From: the human T2T-CHM13v2.0 reference genome, Homo sapiens
Assembly (NCBI RefSeq): GCF_009914755.1
Contig: NC_060931.1
Length of the DNA stretch: 64,000 bases
Strand: one strand, 5' to 3'
Under the pieces are notes generated by a model that was given only the letters and a program-made list of their open reading frames with translations, was not told the DNA's origin and made no database searches. Position 1 is the stretch's first letter. The number at the start of each line of letters is the position of its first letter. This document shows, one piece after another, positions 47,830 to 64,000 of the stretch. Position numbers and translations under genes: made by a program.

Positions 47830-48035
47830 ATAGTATTAATAGTAGTAGTGGTGGTGATGACGATGGTGGTAGTAGTAGCAGCAGCAACAGCAGCTAATAG
47901 CTGTTGAGTGCTTACTATATGATCAGTACCATTTTAAATATTTTTAGGTATTAGCTCATCTAATCCTCACAAGCATGCAAGGAAGCAGGCTCAGTTATTA
48001 TCCCTCTTTTACAAATGAGCAAACTGAAACTACAT
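47830..48035 (-). mobile_element. MIR with a trinucleotide (TAG/TGG/CAG) microsatellite at its tail
   Basis: TTGAGTGCTTACTATATG...CTCATCTAATCCTCACA...TTTTACAAATGAGCAAACTGA. Confidence 0.75.
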
Positions 48036-48049
48036 GCCTATTAAGTAAA

Positions 48050-50045
48050 TATTTTCTTTTCCAATGATTTCTGTTCTTATTTTGTTGCTATAATTCAGCT
48101 CAACATGTTTTCTAGTATTTGTTGTGATTTCTTCTTTGACCCAAAATTTATTTAGAAGTGTATTTCTTAATGTATAAACTTCTGAGGATTTCTAGTTCTT
48201 TTTTCTATTACTGAATTCTAGTTGAATTCCACTTCAGTGAAAGAACATTGTATAGTATTTCAATTCTTTGAAATTTGTTGAGATTTGTTTTATGTTCCAG
48301 TATAGTCTATTTTTATAAATACTCCATGGTTGCCTGAAAATAATGAGCATGCTGCAGTTGTGTATACTGTTCTATAAATGTCAATTAGGTCAAGTTGTTT
48401 AACAGTTTTGCTCAAATCTTCATTATTCTTTTTAGCTTTTATGGAGTGTGTTTATCAGTTACTGAGAGAGAGTATTAAAATCTATTTGTCTATTTAATCT
48501 TGTCAATCTTTGTTTTATGTATTTTAAAGTTATCTTCGGTATCATTGGTTTTGCCTTCTTATTGAATTGAATCTTTCAACATTAATAAATGTTCCTCTGT
48601 ATTTTCATTAATATTTTTTGCCTTAAAGTCTACTTTGATATTTTAGACTCACTGACTAGCTTTTGGTGAGTATTTACATGGCATATCTCTTCCATAATTT
48701 TACTTTCAATCTATTTGTGACCTTTTATTTAGCAAATTGCTCTCATAAACAGGACATAGTTGGGCCAATCTAACATTTGCCTCTTAGAGTGTTTAGTTTA
48801 TTTGTATTTCATATAATTGCTGATATACTGGATTTAAGCTTTCTTTTGATTTTTTTTTCTATTTATCTCATCTGCTTTTTGTCCTTTGATCCTGTCTTTT
48901 CTATCTTCCTTTGGATTAACTGAGTATTTTTTATTATTCCATTTTTAGCTCCTCTACTAGCTTTATGTATTTTTTGGTGGTTGTCCTAGAGATTGCAATA
49001 TGCATTCTTGAATTATTTCTAATAATTTTAAATGTATACTTTTCCTATTTCCCTATTGCATCAATCTTAGAATAGTTTAACTCCTTTCCTTCCTCCTGCC
49101 CTTTATGCTACTGTTGTCATATGTTTTACTTCTACATGTTATAAAACCTAAGAGACATTTTTATTATTGTTACTTTAAATGGTCAGTATTCTTTTTATTT
49201 ACTCTTTCTAGCTATGTTCATTCCTTCCTTTAATTTTGTGCTTGTAACATGGTTTGTATTATTTCTTGTATTTCTTTTAATACAGATACAAATTACAAAA
49301 TCTGAGTTAATTTTTTTCATTTTTTGAAAAATCTTTGCATCACTTTCTTTTTATTTTTTTCACTATTATTTCTGAAGAATATTTTTACTGAGTATAGAAT
49401 TCTAAGGTGGCAGGGTTTTTTTCCCTGTTAGCACTTTAAAGATGTCATTCCACTGTTTTCTGGCTTTCAGGGTTTCTGTTGAAAGTCAGCCATCAGTGAT
49501 ACTGTTGTTCTTTTGAAGTTAATATATCCTTTTTTCTCTGATTTCTTTTAAGATTTTTTTTCTTTATCTTGATTTTAAGTGGCTTTACTGAGGCTGATGT
49601 GCATTGGTGGTTTTCTTCATGCCTTTTCTGTGTGGGGTTGACTGAGAAGCTGGATCTGTAAACTTATTTTTCATCAGTTTGGGGAAATTCTTGGTCATTA
49701 TCTTTTTTCAAATATTGCTTCTACCCATTCTCTATTTCCTCCATCAGGAACTCCACTACATTCATGTTAATCAATTTGACTGGGTCCTATATAGCCCTTG
49801 GCCCCCTGTTCTGTTCTTTCTATTCCATTTTCTCTCTATGCTTCAGTTTGAATGATTTATTTAAATATTTTTAGGGTGCTTGATGTCATTGATTCTATCT
49901 TTAGCTGTATAGAATGTGGTGTTAAACTTATCCAATGACTTCTAAATTTCAGATACTGCATTTTTATTTTTCTGCTCTACAATGGCCATTTTATTTTGTA
50001 TATGTGATAATTCTCTGTTTAAATCTTACTCTGTTAAATCCATTT
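48050..50045 (-). mobile_element. Ancient L1 (L1M/L1ME-type) ORF1/ORF2 5' region, interrupted at 50046
   Basis: T-rich antisense L1 motifs TTGAAATTTGTTGAGA, TTCTATAAATGTCAATTAGGTCAAG, GCACTTTAAAGATGTCATTCCACTG and TCAGTTTGGGGAAATTCTTGG. Confidence 0.75.
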
Positions 50046-52035
50046 GGGGCTACAAATCAAAATGGCTGACTAGAGGTGCACAACACCGACCTCCCCCCTC
50101 AAAGAAGGACCAAAACAATAAATATATCACTGTACTTTGAGTAGAGAATCTAAAGGAGAACATTGGAATTCAACAAGGAAGTGAAGAATACCCTCTGAGG
50201 CACAGAAACTAAGGATGGCAGCATAGAGAAAGAAGCAAAGTCCATGCCTAGGATCAGCTCAGAGCCATGAGAGATTCCTACTATGGAGAAAGGGTAGTGG
50301 GAAGTCTTCAGCAGTGCCCATTATCACCATGGACACCTGCAATCTCAGCTATATAAGAGTCCCACAGTCCTCACAGACCCTAAGCCCAATATAGCGAGCT
50401 GCTTGGAGTCCATATAGCTGCATTGCTCCAGAGAGGAAATTCATGCTGGATCTCCCCAAATCCCCAGGACCCAAGCTGCTGCAGCCTGTCACCACTTTGC
50501 AAACAGAGCTACTGCTAAAGCGCATCCTGCCCTGGAACCCAATAGCCCCTGCATCTTCACATCCCTGGATCCCCTTTTCACCCCACCATGCCCAAACAAA
50601 GGGCTGCAGTGTCATGACTCCAGATAGACCCAGTGTTAGAGTCATGATCTCAACACCCAAGCCTACTTAGCTCCCTACACCCCATGGAACCAGGCAGTCA
50701 GTGCAGTGGGGGACCACACCCAGGACTGGGAAAACCAAAGCATGCACTCTCCAGGGCCTGAAAGCCAGCCACCTAGAATCTGCAGCCACCAGCAACCTCA
50801 CACCCTCAACCAATGGGGCCACCATGTGTGCCATACATGCATGCCCCAGGGCTCAAAGACAGACCTATCTGGCACCCACTGCCATCAGCAACCCCACACC
50901 CTTGACTGGTGGAGCTACCATGCACAACACTTGTGCCCCCCAGGGCCAAAGGATGGGCCGACCTGATGCCTGCCACTGCCAGTTGCCCCTCCCCCTCAAC
51001 CAAAAAAGCTGCAGAATCACACACACACACATAACCCAGGGCCCAAGGATAGGTGTGGCCAGTATCAGCTAGCAATTCAGACCCCTTAATTGGCAGAGCT
51101 ACCACACACTGTGCACATTCCCCTCAGGTACCAAGGACTGACCTGCCCAAGGCAAACCACCATCAGAAACTCCATCCTCAGCAAAGCTGCTCCAATGCCT
51201 CCACAAACCCTGCAATTTAGGCCACTGAGGCATCTGGAGAAATCACTGACATTAATTACAGCCAAAGAAATCACATAGAGACTTTACTACTGCATGCATC
51301 CAGAACCAATACCAAAGCACCCTACCCAACCAACACTATAGGTCACAACTACAGAAAAAATCTTTTTCTTAGAAAGCCACTCCATAAAATTGGAAGAGGT
51401 GAGAATTCCACCAGATGCACAGATATCAATGTAGGAATACAAAAACATGAAAAAGCAAGAAAATATGACATCTGCAAGGGAACACAATAATATTCCTGTA
51501 CACACTTCAAAGAAAATCAAATATATAAAAAGCTTGAAAAGGAATTTGAAATAGTGATCTTAAGGAAACTTACTGTAATACAAGATAATGATGATAAATA
51601 ATACTAATAAATCAGTAAAATAATACATGATGTGAATGAGAAATTCAACAAAGAGATCAATATTATTTAAAAACAAAGAAACAGAAATCTTGAAGCTGAA
51701 GATTTAAATGAATAAAATTAAGAATATAACCAAGACCTTGAACAATAGACTAGATCAAGTAGAAGAAAGAATTTCCAAACTTGTAGACAGGCCTTTTGAA
51801 ATAAGTCAGATCAAAGAAAAAAAATAAAAGGTGAAATAAGCCTATAGGATCTATGGGACACCATTAAGAGAACAATTTTTTGTATTATGTGATTTCCAAA
51901 AGGATAAGAGATGGGGAAAGGAATAGAAAATCTATTTAATGAAATAAAAGCTGAAAACTTCCCAAGTCTTGGGAAAAATATGGACATCCAGATCCAGGAA
52001 GCTCAAAAGTTCCCAAACAGATTCAGGCCAAATAG

Positions 52036-52390
<355 letters not shown>

Positions 52391-52933
52391 GAGAATTCTT
52401 AAAATAGCAAAAGAAAAGCATCGAGTCACATGTAAGAAAATCCCAAATAGAAAAAACACAAACAGATTTCCCCAAGTCACATATAAGGGAATACACATAT
52501 AAGGTTACAGCAGAAATCTTAAAGGCCAGAAGAGAATGGGATGATGTATTCAAAGTGCTGAAAGAACAAAACTGCCAGCCAAAAGTACTGTATTCAGCAA
52601 AGCTATTCTGAAAAATGAAGGAGAAATAGCCCTTTCCAGACAAGCAAGAACTGAGGGAATGTGTGATAACTTGATGGGCCTTATGAGAAATCCTTAAAGG
52701 AGTTCTATATCCAGAAAGAAAAACACACTAACTACAATTATGAAAAACACCAAACCACAAGGATAAAAAATGAGAGAAGAAAAAAATAACAAACAATATC
52801 AAAACAGCCAGAAAATAATTAAAAAAAAGATAAGAATAAGTCTTCACCTATCAATAATGATTTTGAATGTAAATGGACTAAATTCCATAATTAAAAGATA
52901 CAGACTAGCTAAGTGAATAATAAAACAAGACCC

Positions 52934-53154
<221 letters not shown>

Positions 53155-54974
53155 TTAACCTCTTCTATAAAGGTGCACATATACACATAGACTGAAACTG
53201 AAGGATGGAAAAAGATATTCCATACAAACAGAAACCAAAAAATGAGTAAAAGTAGCTATACTTATATAAGATGAAATACACTTTAAGTCAAAAACTGTAA
53301 AAAGAGACAAGTTTATTATATAATGATAAGGGAATTAATTCACCAAGAGGATATAACAATTCTAAATATATATACACTCAACACTTCAGCACCCAGATGT
53401 ATCAAGCAAATATTATTAGATGTAAAAGGAGAGATAGACCCCAATACAATAATAGCTGGGGACTTGAACACCTCACTCTGAGTATTAAATAGATTATCTA
53501 GAAAGAAATTCAACAAACATTAGATTTAAACTGCACTACAGACCAAATGGACCTAACAGACTACAGAACATTTTGTCCAACAGATGCAGAATACATATTC
53601 TTCTTGGCAGCACATAAAACATTCTCCAGGATAGACCATATGTTAAGCCACAAAACAAGTCTCAAAGAATTTTTTTTTAATTGAACTCATATCAAATATC
53701 TTTTCAGACCACAACAAAATAAAACTAGAAATCAGTAAAAAGAAGAACTTCAAAAACTGTATAAATACGTATAAATTATACAACTTGTTCCTGAACAACC
53801 AATGGTCCAATGAAGAAATTGAGAAGAAAGTCAAACATTTTTTGAAACAAATGTAAATGAAAACACAACATAACACACCTATGGTATATAATAAAAGCAG
53901 TGCTAAGAGGGAATTTTATAACAATAAACACCTACATAAAAAAAAAGATTTCAAGTGAACAACCTAACAATGCAACTCAAGAAAGCAGAAAGGCAAGAAC
54001 AAACTAAACCCAAAATTAGTAAAAGAAAAGGAATAATAAAGATTAGAGCAAAACCAAACAAAATAGAGACGAAAAAATACAAAGGTTCAACAAAATAAAA
54101 AGCTGTTTTGTTGAAAACTGACAAAACTTTAGCTACACTAAGAAAAAGAGAAAGAAAACCCAAACAAATAAAATCAGAATGGAAAAAAGAAACATTACAA
54201 CTGACATTGCTGCAATAGAAAGGATAATTAGAAACTATCATGAACAACTGCACATAAACAAATTGAAAAACCTAGAAAAAATGGATAAACTCTTGGAAAC
54301 ATACAACCTTGGTTCAACCAGGATTGAACCAAAAAAAAAAAAAAAAAAAAGCAGACCAGTAGTGAAAAACAAGATAGACTCAGTAATTTAAAAGCCTCCC
54401 AACAAAAAGAAAAGCCCAGAACCAGATGGCTTCACTGCTGAATTATACCAAACTTTTAAAGAATAACAAACACCAATTTATCTAAAACTATTCCAAAAAA
54501 TTGATTGCAAGAGAAAAATTCCAAATTCATTCTATAACACCAGATATCTACAACCAAAACAAAATAAGAACACAACAAAAAAAGCAAGCTACAGGCCAGT
54601 ATCCTGATGAACATAGATGCAAAACCCTCAACAAAATACTAGCAAACCAAATCCAATGGCACATCAAAAATATACTCCAAAACCAAGTAAGATTTATCCC
54701 AGGGATGGAAGGATGGTTCAACATACACAAATCAATAAACACCATAAATCACACCAACAAAATAGACAAAAACCATATGATCATCTCAATAGATGCAAAA
54801 AGCATTTGATAAAGTTCAGCACCCCATCATGGTTAAAAAAATAACTGTCAACAAATTAGGCATACAAGGAACATACCTCAACACGGTAAAGATCATATAT
54901 GACAAACCCACAGTTCACTTCTATTGGATGGGGAAAAGTTAAAAGCTTTTCCTCTAAGAACTGGAACAAGGTAA

Positions 54975-55067
<93 letters not shown>

Positions 55068-58000
55068 TGAAAGGAGGAAGCCAAATTATCTCTGTTTGCA
55101 AATAACATGATCTTATATAATAGAAAACCTAAAGGATTCACCAAAAAAACTCTAAGAAATGATAAACTAATTCAGTAAAGTTGCAGGATACAAAATCAAC
55201 AAGCAAAAATCAGTAGTGTTTCTATACATTAATAATGAACTAGCTGATAGAGAAATCAATAAAGCAATCCCATCTACAACATCTACTGAAAGATAAAATA
55301 CCTAGGAATAAATTGAATCAAGGAGGTGAAAGATCTCTACAATGAAAGCTGCAAAACACTGATGAAATTGAAGAGGACACACAAAAAAATGGAAAGACAT
55401 ATATCTCATGTTCATGGATTGGAATATATAATATTATTTAAAATGATCATAATATCCAAAGCAATTTACAGATTCAATGCAATCTCTATCAAATTACCAA
55501 AGTCATTCCTCACAGAAATAGAAAAAGCAGGAAGGGAGGATCCCAGATGGCTAAATAAAAACAGCTGCAATTGGAGGCTCCCACTGAGAAGAATCAAAAC
55601 AGTGAGTGAATCCTGCACCAGTAACTGAGGTATCCAGGTTCTGTCATTGGAACTAGGTGGTTTGTGACTCATGGAGAGTGAGGAAAATCAGAGTGGTGCA
55701 ACAGCCTAAGACCCACATGGGGCAAAGCGAGCTCCCACCCCCAGCCAAAGGAGGCAGTGGGAAGCCACACTTTTTCCAAGGATCTGTGCAACCCACAGAT
55801 CAGGGAATCCCACTCATGAGCCCATGCCACCAGGGCCTTGGGTCCCAAGCACAGAGTTGTGCAGATTCTCAGCAGCCACTCAGCTGGAGAGTGCCTAAGA
55901 CTACTGAGCTCCTTGAGGGAAGGGAAGCCATTATCACTGTGGCTGCCTGGTGCCTAAGATGACTGAATTCCAGGAAGGATGGGCAGCAGCCATCACTGCA
56001 GCTCCAGCCTGCCATTTTTCCCCTGCTGGGACTGGGGAGACAGAATGGTTTGCACCCAGGAGGAATTCCCCACAGCACAGCACAATGGCTGTGGCAGATC
56101 ATGGCCAGACTGCCTTTTTAGGCTGGACTCTGACCCATTCCCTCCTCTCTGGGCTGGGCCTCCCTGCAGGAATTTCAGCAACTCCAGTCAGGGATTTAGG
56201 GACAGAACTCTGATCTCCCTGGGACTGAGCCCCTGGGAAGAGGGGGAGCCATGGTCTCTGTGGATCAACAGATTTAGTCTTTCCTTCTGCTGGCTCTGAG
56301 AAATGCAGGCAGCCCAGACGAGTGGGATTCCCCACAGTTCAGCACAGCCCCTCTGCCAAGGGGCAGCCAGAGTGCTTCGTTAAGCAGATCCCAGAACCCA
56401 TGCCCCCTAACTGGGTGAGACACCCCCAAAAGGGGTTGCCAGACACCTTATACAGGAGCATTCCTGCTGGCATCAGATCAGTGCCCCTTGGGGGCAGAGA
56501 TCCTGGGGGAAGGAGCAGGAAGCCATCTTTGCTGTTCTGCAGCATCCTCAGGTGACACCTCCAGGTGTGGGAGGGTAGGAGGAAAATAGGGTTTGGAGTG
56601 AACCCCCAGCAAACGGCAGCAGCCCTACAGAAGAAGGGCCTGACTGTTAAAAGAAAGGCAAACAGAAAGCAAACAGAAAGCAACAACAACAACAGCATCA
56701 ATGAAAAAGTCTCCACAAAAACCCCATCCAAAGGTCAGCAGCCTCAAAGATTGAAGCTAGACAAACTTATGAAGATGAGAAAGAATCAACAAAAAAAGTG
56801 ATGAAAACTCAGAAAGCCAGAGTGCCTCCTCTTCACAAGACTTCACCTCTCCAACAAGGGCACAGAACTGAGCAGAGACTGAGATGGACAAATTGACAGA
56901 AGTAGGCTTCATAAGGGGGCTAATAACAAACTTCGCTGAGCTAAAGGAGCATGTTCTAACTCAAGGCAAAGAAGCCAAGAGCCATGATACAATATTACAG
57001 GAGATGTTAATCAGAATAACCAGTTCAGAGAGGAACATAAATTACCTGACGAAGCTGAAAAACACAACACAAGAACTTCACAATGCAACCACAAGTATCA
57101 ATAACCAAATAGACCAAACAGAAAAAAGAATTTCAGAGCTTGAAGACTATGTTGCTGAAATAAGACAGGCAGAACAGATTAAAGAAAAAAGAAGGAAAAG
57201 GAACAAACAAAACCTCTGAGAATTATAGGACTATGTAAAAATATGGGACCTATGATGGATTGGGGTACCTGAAAGAGGCAGGGAAAACAAAACCAAGATG
57301 GAAAACATACTTCAGGATATCATCTGGAAGAACTTTCCCAACCTAACAAGACTGGCCAACATTCAAATTCAGGAAATACAGAGAACCCCAGTAAGATACT
57401 CCACAAGAAGATAAACCCCAAGACATATAATCATCAAATTCTCCAAGGTTAAAATGAAGGGAAAAGTGTTAAGGGCAGCAAGAGAGAAAGGCAAGATCAC
57501 CGATAAAGGGAAGCCTACCAGACTAACCGCGGATTTCTCTGCAGAAACCCTACAAGCCAGAAGAGTTTGGGGGCCAATATTCAACATTCTTATGGAAAAG
57601 AATTTTCAGCCCAGAATTTCATATCTGGCCAAACTAAGCTTCATAAGCAAAGGAGAAATAAAATCCTTTTCAGACAAGAAAATGCTGAGGGAATTTGTCA
57701 CCACCAGGCCAGACTTGCAAGAGCTCCTGAAGGAAGCACTAAATATGAAAAGGAAAAACTGGTACCAGGCGCTGCAAAACACAGTGAAGTACAAAGTCCA
57801 ATGACACAATGAAGCAGCTACATAAACAAGTCTGCAAAATAACCAGCAAGCATCATGATGGCAGGATCAAATTCACACATAACAACATTAATCTTAAATG
57901 TAAATGGGCTAAAAGCCCCAATTAAAAGGCACACAATGGCAAACTGGATAAAGAGTGAAGACCCATTGGTGTACTGTATTCAGGAGACACATCTCACATG

Positions 58001-59408
58001 CAAAGACACAAATAGGCTCAAAATAAAGAGATGGAGGAAAATTTACCAAGCAAATGGAAAGCAGAAGAAAGCAGAGTTGCAATCTTAGTTTCTGACAAAA
58101 CAGACTTTAAACCAACAAAAATCAAAAAAGACAAAAAAGGCATTACATAATGGTAAAGGGATGAATTCAACAAGAAGAGATAATTATCCTAAATATATAT
58201 GCACCCAATACAGGAGCACCCAGATTCATAAAACAAGTTCTTAGAGACCTACAAAGAGACTTAGACTCCCACACAATAATAGTGAGAGACTTTAGCATCC
58301 CACTGTCAATATTAGACAGATCATTGAAACAGAAAATTAACAAAGATATTCAGGAACTGAACTCAGCCCTGGATCAAGTGAACCTGATAGATATCTACAG
58401 AACTCTCCACCCCAAAACAACAGAATATACATTCTTCTCAGTGCCACATGGCACTTACTCTACTCAATCACATAATTGGAAGTAAAATACTCCTCAGCAA
58501 ATGCAGAATAAGTGAAATCATAATAGTCTCTGAAACCACAGTGCAATCAAATTGGAACTCAAGATTAAGAAATTCACTCAAAACCACAAAACTACAGGGA
58601 AATTGAACAAGCTGCTCCTGAGTGACTCCTTGGTAAATGATGAAATTCAGGCAGAAATCAAGAAGTTCTTTGAAACTACTGAGAACAAAGAGACAATATA
58701 CCAGAGTCTCTGTGACACAGCTAAAACAGTGTTAAGAGGGAAATTTATAGCACTAAATGGCCACATCAAGAAGCTTGAAAGATCTCAAATCAACACCCTA
58801 ACATCACAACTAAAAGAACTAGAGAACCAGGAGCAAACAAACCCCAAAGCTAGCAGAAGACAAGAAATAACCAAGATCAGAGTGGAACTGAAGGAGATAG
58901 AGACACAATAAACCCTTCAAAACATCAATGAATCCAGGAGCTGTTTTTTTGAAAAAAATTAATAGACTACTACCTAGACTAATAAAGAAGAAAAGAGAGA
59001 AGAATCAAATGGACATAATAAAAAATGACAAAGGAGCTATCACCACTGACCCCACAGAAATACAAACAACCATCAGAGAATATTATAAACACTTCTATTC
59101 AAATAAACTAGAAAATCTAGAAGAAACGCATCAATTCCTAGACACATACACCCTTTCAAGACTGAACCAAAAAGAAGTGAAATCCCTTAATAGACCAATA
59201 ACAAGTTCTGAAATTGAGGCAGTAATAAATAGCCTACCAACCAACAAAAGCCCAGGACCAGAGAAATTTACAGCTGAATTCTACCATAGGTACAAAAAGG
59301 AGCTGGTACCATTTCTTCTGAAACTATTTCAAGCAATTGAAAAGGAGGCACTTCTCCCTAATTCATTTTATGAGGCCAGCATCATCCTGATACCAAAACT
59401 TGGCAGAT

Positions 59409-59412
<4 letters not shown>

Positions 59413-59443
<31 letters not shown>
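59413..59443. repeat. (CA)n microsatellite
   Basis: Directly visible. Confidence 0.97.
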
Positions 59444-59447
<4 letters not shown>

Positions 59448-59733
59448 CAGGCCAATATCCCTGATGATCATCGATGCAAAAATCCTCAATAAAATACTGG
59501 CAAACCGAATCCAGCAGCACATGAACACCATGACAAAGTCAGATTCATCCCTGGGATGCAAGGCTGGTTCAACATATGCAAATCCATAAATGTAATTCAT
59601 CACATAAACAGACTAAAGAAAAAAACCACATGATTATCTCAATAGACACAGAAAAGGTCTTCAATAAAATTCAACATCCCTTTATGTTAAAAACTTTCAA
59701 TAAACTAGGTATTGATAGAATATATCTCAAAAT

Positions 59734-60345
<612 letters not shown>

Positions 60346-62027
60346 AATAAGAGCCATTTATGACAAACCCACAGCCAATATCATACTGAATGGACAAAAG
60401 CTGGAAGCATTCCCTTTGACAACCAGGACAAGACAAGTATGCCCTCTTTCACCACACCTATTCAACACAGTATTGGAAATTCCGGCCAGGGCAATCAGGC
60501 AAGAGGAAGAAATTGAGGATATTCAAATAGGAAGTGAGAAAGTCAAATTGCCTCTGTTTGCAAATGATATGATCCTATATCTAGAAAACTCCATCATCTC
60601 AGCCCAAAAGCTCCTTAAGCTGATAAGCAACTTCAGCAAAGTTTCAGGATACAAAATCAATGTGCAAAAATCACAGGCATTACTATACACCAACCATAGA
60701 CAAGGAGAGAGCCAAATCATGAATGAAATCCCAGTCACAATTGCTACAAAGAGAATAAAATATCTAGGAATACAGCTAACAAGGGACATGAAGGACTTTT
60801 TAAGCAGAACTACAAACAACTGCTCAAGGAAATAAGAGAAGACACAAACAAATGGAAAAACATTCCATGCTCATGGATAGGAAGAATCAATATCATGAAA
60901 ATGGCCATACTGCCCAAAGTAATTTATAGATTCAATGCTATTCCCATTAACTGCCATTGATATTCTTCACAGATTTAGAAAAAGCTACTTTGAAATTCAT
61001 ACGGAACCAAAAAATAGCCCATACAGCCAAGACAATCCTAAGCATAAAGAACAAAGCTGGAGGCATCATGCTACCTGACTTCAAACTATACTACAAGACT
61101 ACAGTAACCAAAACAGCATGGTACTGGTACCAAAACAGACACATAGACCAATGGAACAGAATAGAGATATCAGAAATAAGATTACACATCTACAACCATC
61201 AGATCTTCAACAAACCTGACAAAAGCAAGCAATGGGGAAATGATTCCCAATATAACAAATGGCACTGGGAAAAGTGGCTAGCCATATGCAGAAAATTGAA
61301 ACTGGATACCTTCCTTACACCTTATACAAAAATTAACTCAAGAGGGTTAAAGACTTAAATGTAAACCCCAAAATTATAAAAACCTTAGAAGAAAATGTAG
61401 GCAATACCATTCAGGACATAGGCATAGGCAAAGGTTTCATGACAGAAACATCAAATTTCAACAAAAGCAAAAATTGACAAATTGGATCAATTAAAGAGCT
61501 TCTGCACAGCAAAATAAACTATCATCAGAGTGAATAGACAACCTACAAATGCCCATTAAAAAGTGGGCAAAGAAAATAAACAAACACTTCTCAAAAGAAG
61601 ACATTTATGTGGCCAAGAAACATATGAAAAAAAGCTCAACATCACTGATCATTAGAGAAACGCAAATCAAAACCACATTGAGACACCATCTCACACCAGT
61701 CAGAATGGTGATTATTAAAAAGTCAAGAAACAATAGATGCTGGCAAGGCTGTGGAGAAATCGGAACACGTTTACATTGTTGTTGGGAATGTAAATATAGT
61801 TCAACCATTGTGCAGGAGGGTCTGGGATTCCTCAAAGACCTAGAACTAGAAATAAAATTTGACCTGGCAATCCCATTACTGGGTGTATACCCAGAGGAAT
61901 ATAAATCATTATCTTATAAAGAGAACATACATGCACATATATGTTTACTGCAGCACTGTTTACAATAGCAAAGACTTGGAATCAACCCAAATGCCCATCA
62001 GTGATAGACTGGATAAAAAAATGTAGT

Positions 62028-64000
62028 GATTGCTGGCAAGATGGCTGAATATGAACAGCACCAGTCTGCAGCTCCCAGTGAGATCAATGCAGAAGGCGGG
62101 TGATTTCTGCATTTCCAACTGAGGTACCCAGTTCATCTCATTGGGACTGGTTGGACAGTGGGTGTAGCCCATGAAGGGTGAGCCAAAGCAGGGTGGGGCA
62201 TTGCCTCACACAGGAAGCACAAGGGGTCAGGAAATTTTCTCCCCTACCCAAGGGAAGCTGTGAGGGACTGAGCTGGAGGAACCATGCACACTCTGGCCCA
62301 GATACTGTGCTTGAACCACTGTCTTCACGACCTGCGGACCAGGAGATTCCCTCTGGTGCCTACCCCACCAGGGCCCTGGGTTTCAAGCAGAAAACTGGGC
62401 AGCCATTTGGGCAGACATTGATCTAGCTGCAGGAGTTTTTTGTTTGTTTGTTTGTTTGTTTGTTTGTTTGTTTGTTTGTTTTCCATACCCCAGTAGCGCC
62501 TGGAACACCAGCAAGACAGAACCACTTACTCTGGAAATGCGGCTGAAGCCAAGGAGCCAAGTGTTCTGGCTTGGCAGGTCCCACACCCATGGAACCCAGC
62601 AAACTAAGATCTACTGGCTTGAAATTCTTGCTGTCAGCACAGTAGCAGTCAGATTGACCTGGGACACTCAGGCTTGGTGGGGGGAGGGGCTTCCACCATT
62701 GCTGAGGCTTGAGTAGGCAGTTTTACACTCACAGTGTAAACAAAGCAACCAGGAAGTTTGAACTGGGTGGAGCCCACTGCAGCTCAGCAAGGCTACTGTG
62801 GCCACACTGCCAGATTTCCCTTCTCTGGGCAGGGCATCTCTGAAAAAAAGGCAGGAGCTCCAGTCAGGGACTTATAAATGAAACCCCTATATGCCTGGGA
62901 GAGAGCACCTGGGGGAAGGGGAGGCTGTGGGCACAGCTTCAGCAGACGTAAACATCCCTGCCTGACGGCTCTGAATAGAGCAGCAGACCTTCCAGCACAG
63001 TGTTCAAGCTCTGCTAAGGGTCAGACTGCCTCCTCAAGTGGGTCCCTGACACCCGTGAATCCTGACTGGGAGACACCTCCCAGTAGGGGCTGAGAGAACC
63101 TCATACAGGAGAGCTCTGGCTGGCATCTGGTGGGTGCCCCTCTGGGATGAAGCTTCCAGAGGAAAGAACAGGCAGCAATCTTTGCTGTTCTGCAGCCTCT
63201 GCTGGTGATACCCAGGCAAACAGGGTCAGGAGTGGACCTCCAACAAACTCCAGCAGACCTGCAGCAGAGGGGCCTGACAGTTAGAAGGAAAACTAACAAA
63301 CAGAAAGGAATAGCACATCCACTCAAAGACCCCATCCAAAGCTCACCAAAATCAAAGACCAAAGGTAGATAAATCCACAAAGATGGGGAGAAACCAGCAC
63401 AAAAAGGCTGAAAATTCCAAAAACCAGAACGCCTCTTCTCCAAAGGATCACAACTCCTTACCAGTAAGGGAACAAAACTGGAAGGAGGATGATTTTGATG
63501 AATTGACAGAAGTAGGCTTTAGAAGGTGGGTAATAACAAACTCCTCTGAGCTAAAGGAGCATGTTCTAACCCAATGCAAGGAAGTTAGGAACCTTGAAAA
63601 AAGGTTAGAGGAATTGCTAACTAGAATAACCAGTTTAGAGAAGAACATAAATGACCCGATGGAGCTGAAAAACACAGCACGAGAACTTCGTGAGGCATAC
63701 ACAAGTATCAATAGTCAAATTGATCAAGCAGAAGAGAGGATATCGGTGATTGAAGATCAAATTAATAAGATAAAGCATGAAGACAAGATTAGAGAAAAAA
63801 GAATAAAAAGGAATGAATAACACCTCCAAGAAATATGGAACTATGAGAAAAGACCAAACCTACATTTGATTGGTATGCCTGAAAGTGACAGGAAGAATGG
63901 AACCAAGTTGGAAAACACTCTTCAGGATATTATCCAGGAGACCTTCCCCAACCTAGCAAGACAGGCCAACATTCAAATTCAGGAAATACAGACAACACCA
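62028..64000 (+). mobile_element. LINE-1 from its 5' end, approximately L1PA6/7, continuing beyond the window; ORF1 has a premature stop
   Basis: GGCAAGATGGCTGAATA...GATTTCTGCATTTCCAACTGAGGTAC. ORF1 MGRNQHKKAENSK at 63383 stops at 63820. (TTTG)n expansion at ~62439-62480. Confidence 0.92.

Noticed and set aside
61540-61560. ~100-bp internal L1 deletion, and others at ~26010 and ~59525
   Set aside because: Routine neutral decay of dead elements.
62250-62600. Antisense ORF0 in the L1PA6/7 5' UTR
   Set aside because: The region contains a (TTTG)n expansion, and I cannot verify ORF0 homology without an alignment.

Overview
This is primate genomic DNA, not prokaryotic. L1PA2-type 3' UTRs and near-consensus AluY point to human or another great ape. 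About three quarters of the window is LINE-1 (including nested Alus), and six L1s keep their 5' ends. The rest is 12 Alus, LTR16 and MER93 solo LTRs, MER2 and MER5 DNA-transposon relics, MIR/L2 fragments and microsatellites. I found no intact protein-coding gene, autonomous L1, RNA gene or CRISPR array. Nearly all listed ORFs are L1/Alu remnants or simple repeats. I cannot support a new biological system. The notable signals are mechanistic scars of retrotransposition and repair: a ~245-bp L1 3' transduction; a possible 5' transduction; a templated insertion of 5'-UTR sequence into ORF1; a fold-back inverted repeat around an AT-rich minisatellite; a four-level L1-in-L1 nest running off the right edge; and repeated microsatellite birth at one homologous ORF2 site. 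There are also weak splice and polyA signals for a possible minus-strand non-coding transcript. Subfamily names come from recalled consensus sequences and need RepeatMasker/Dfam confirmation.
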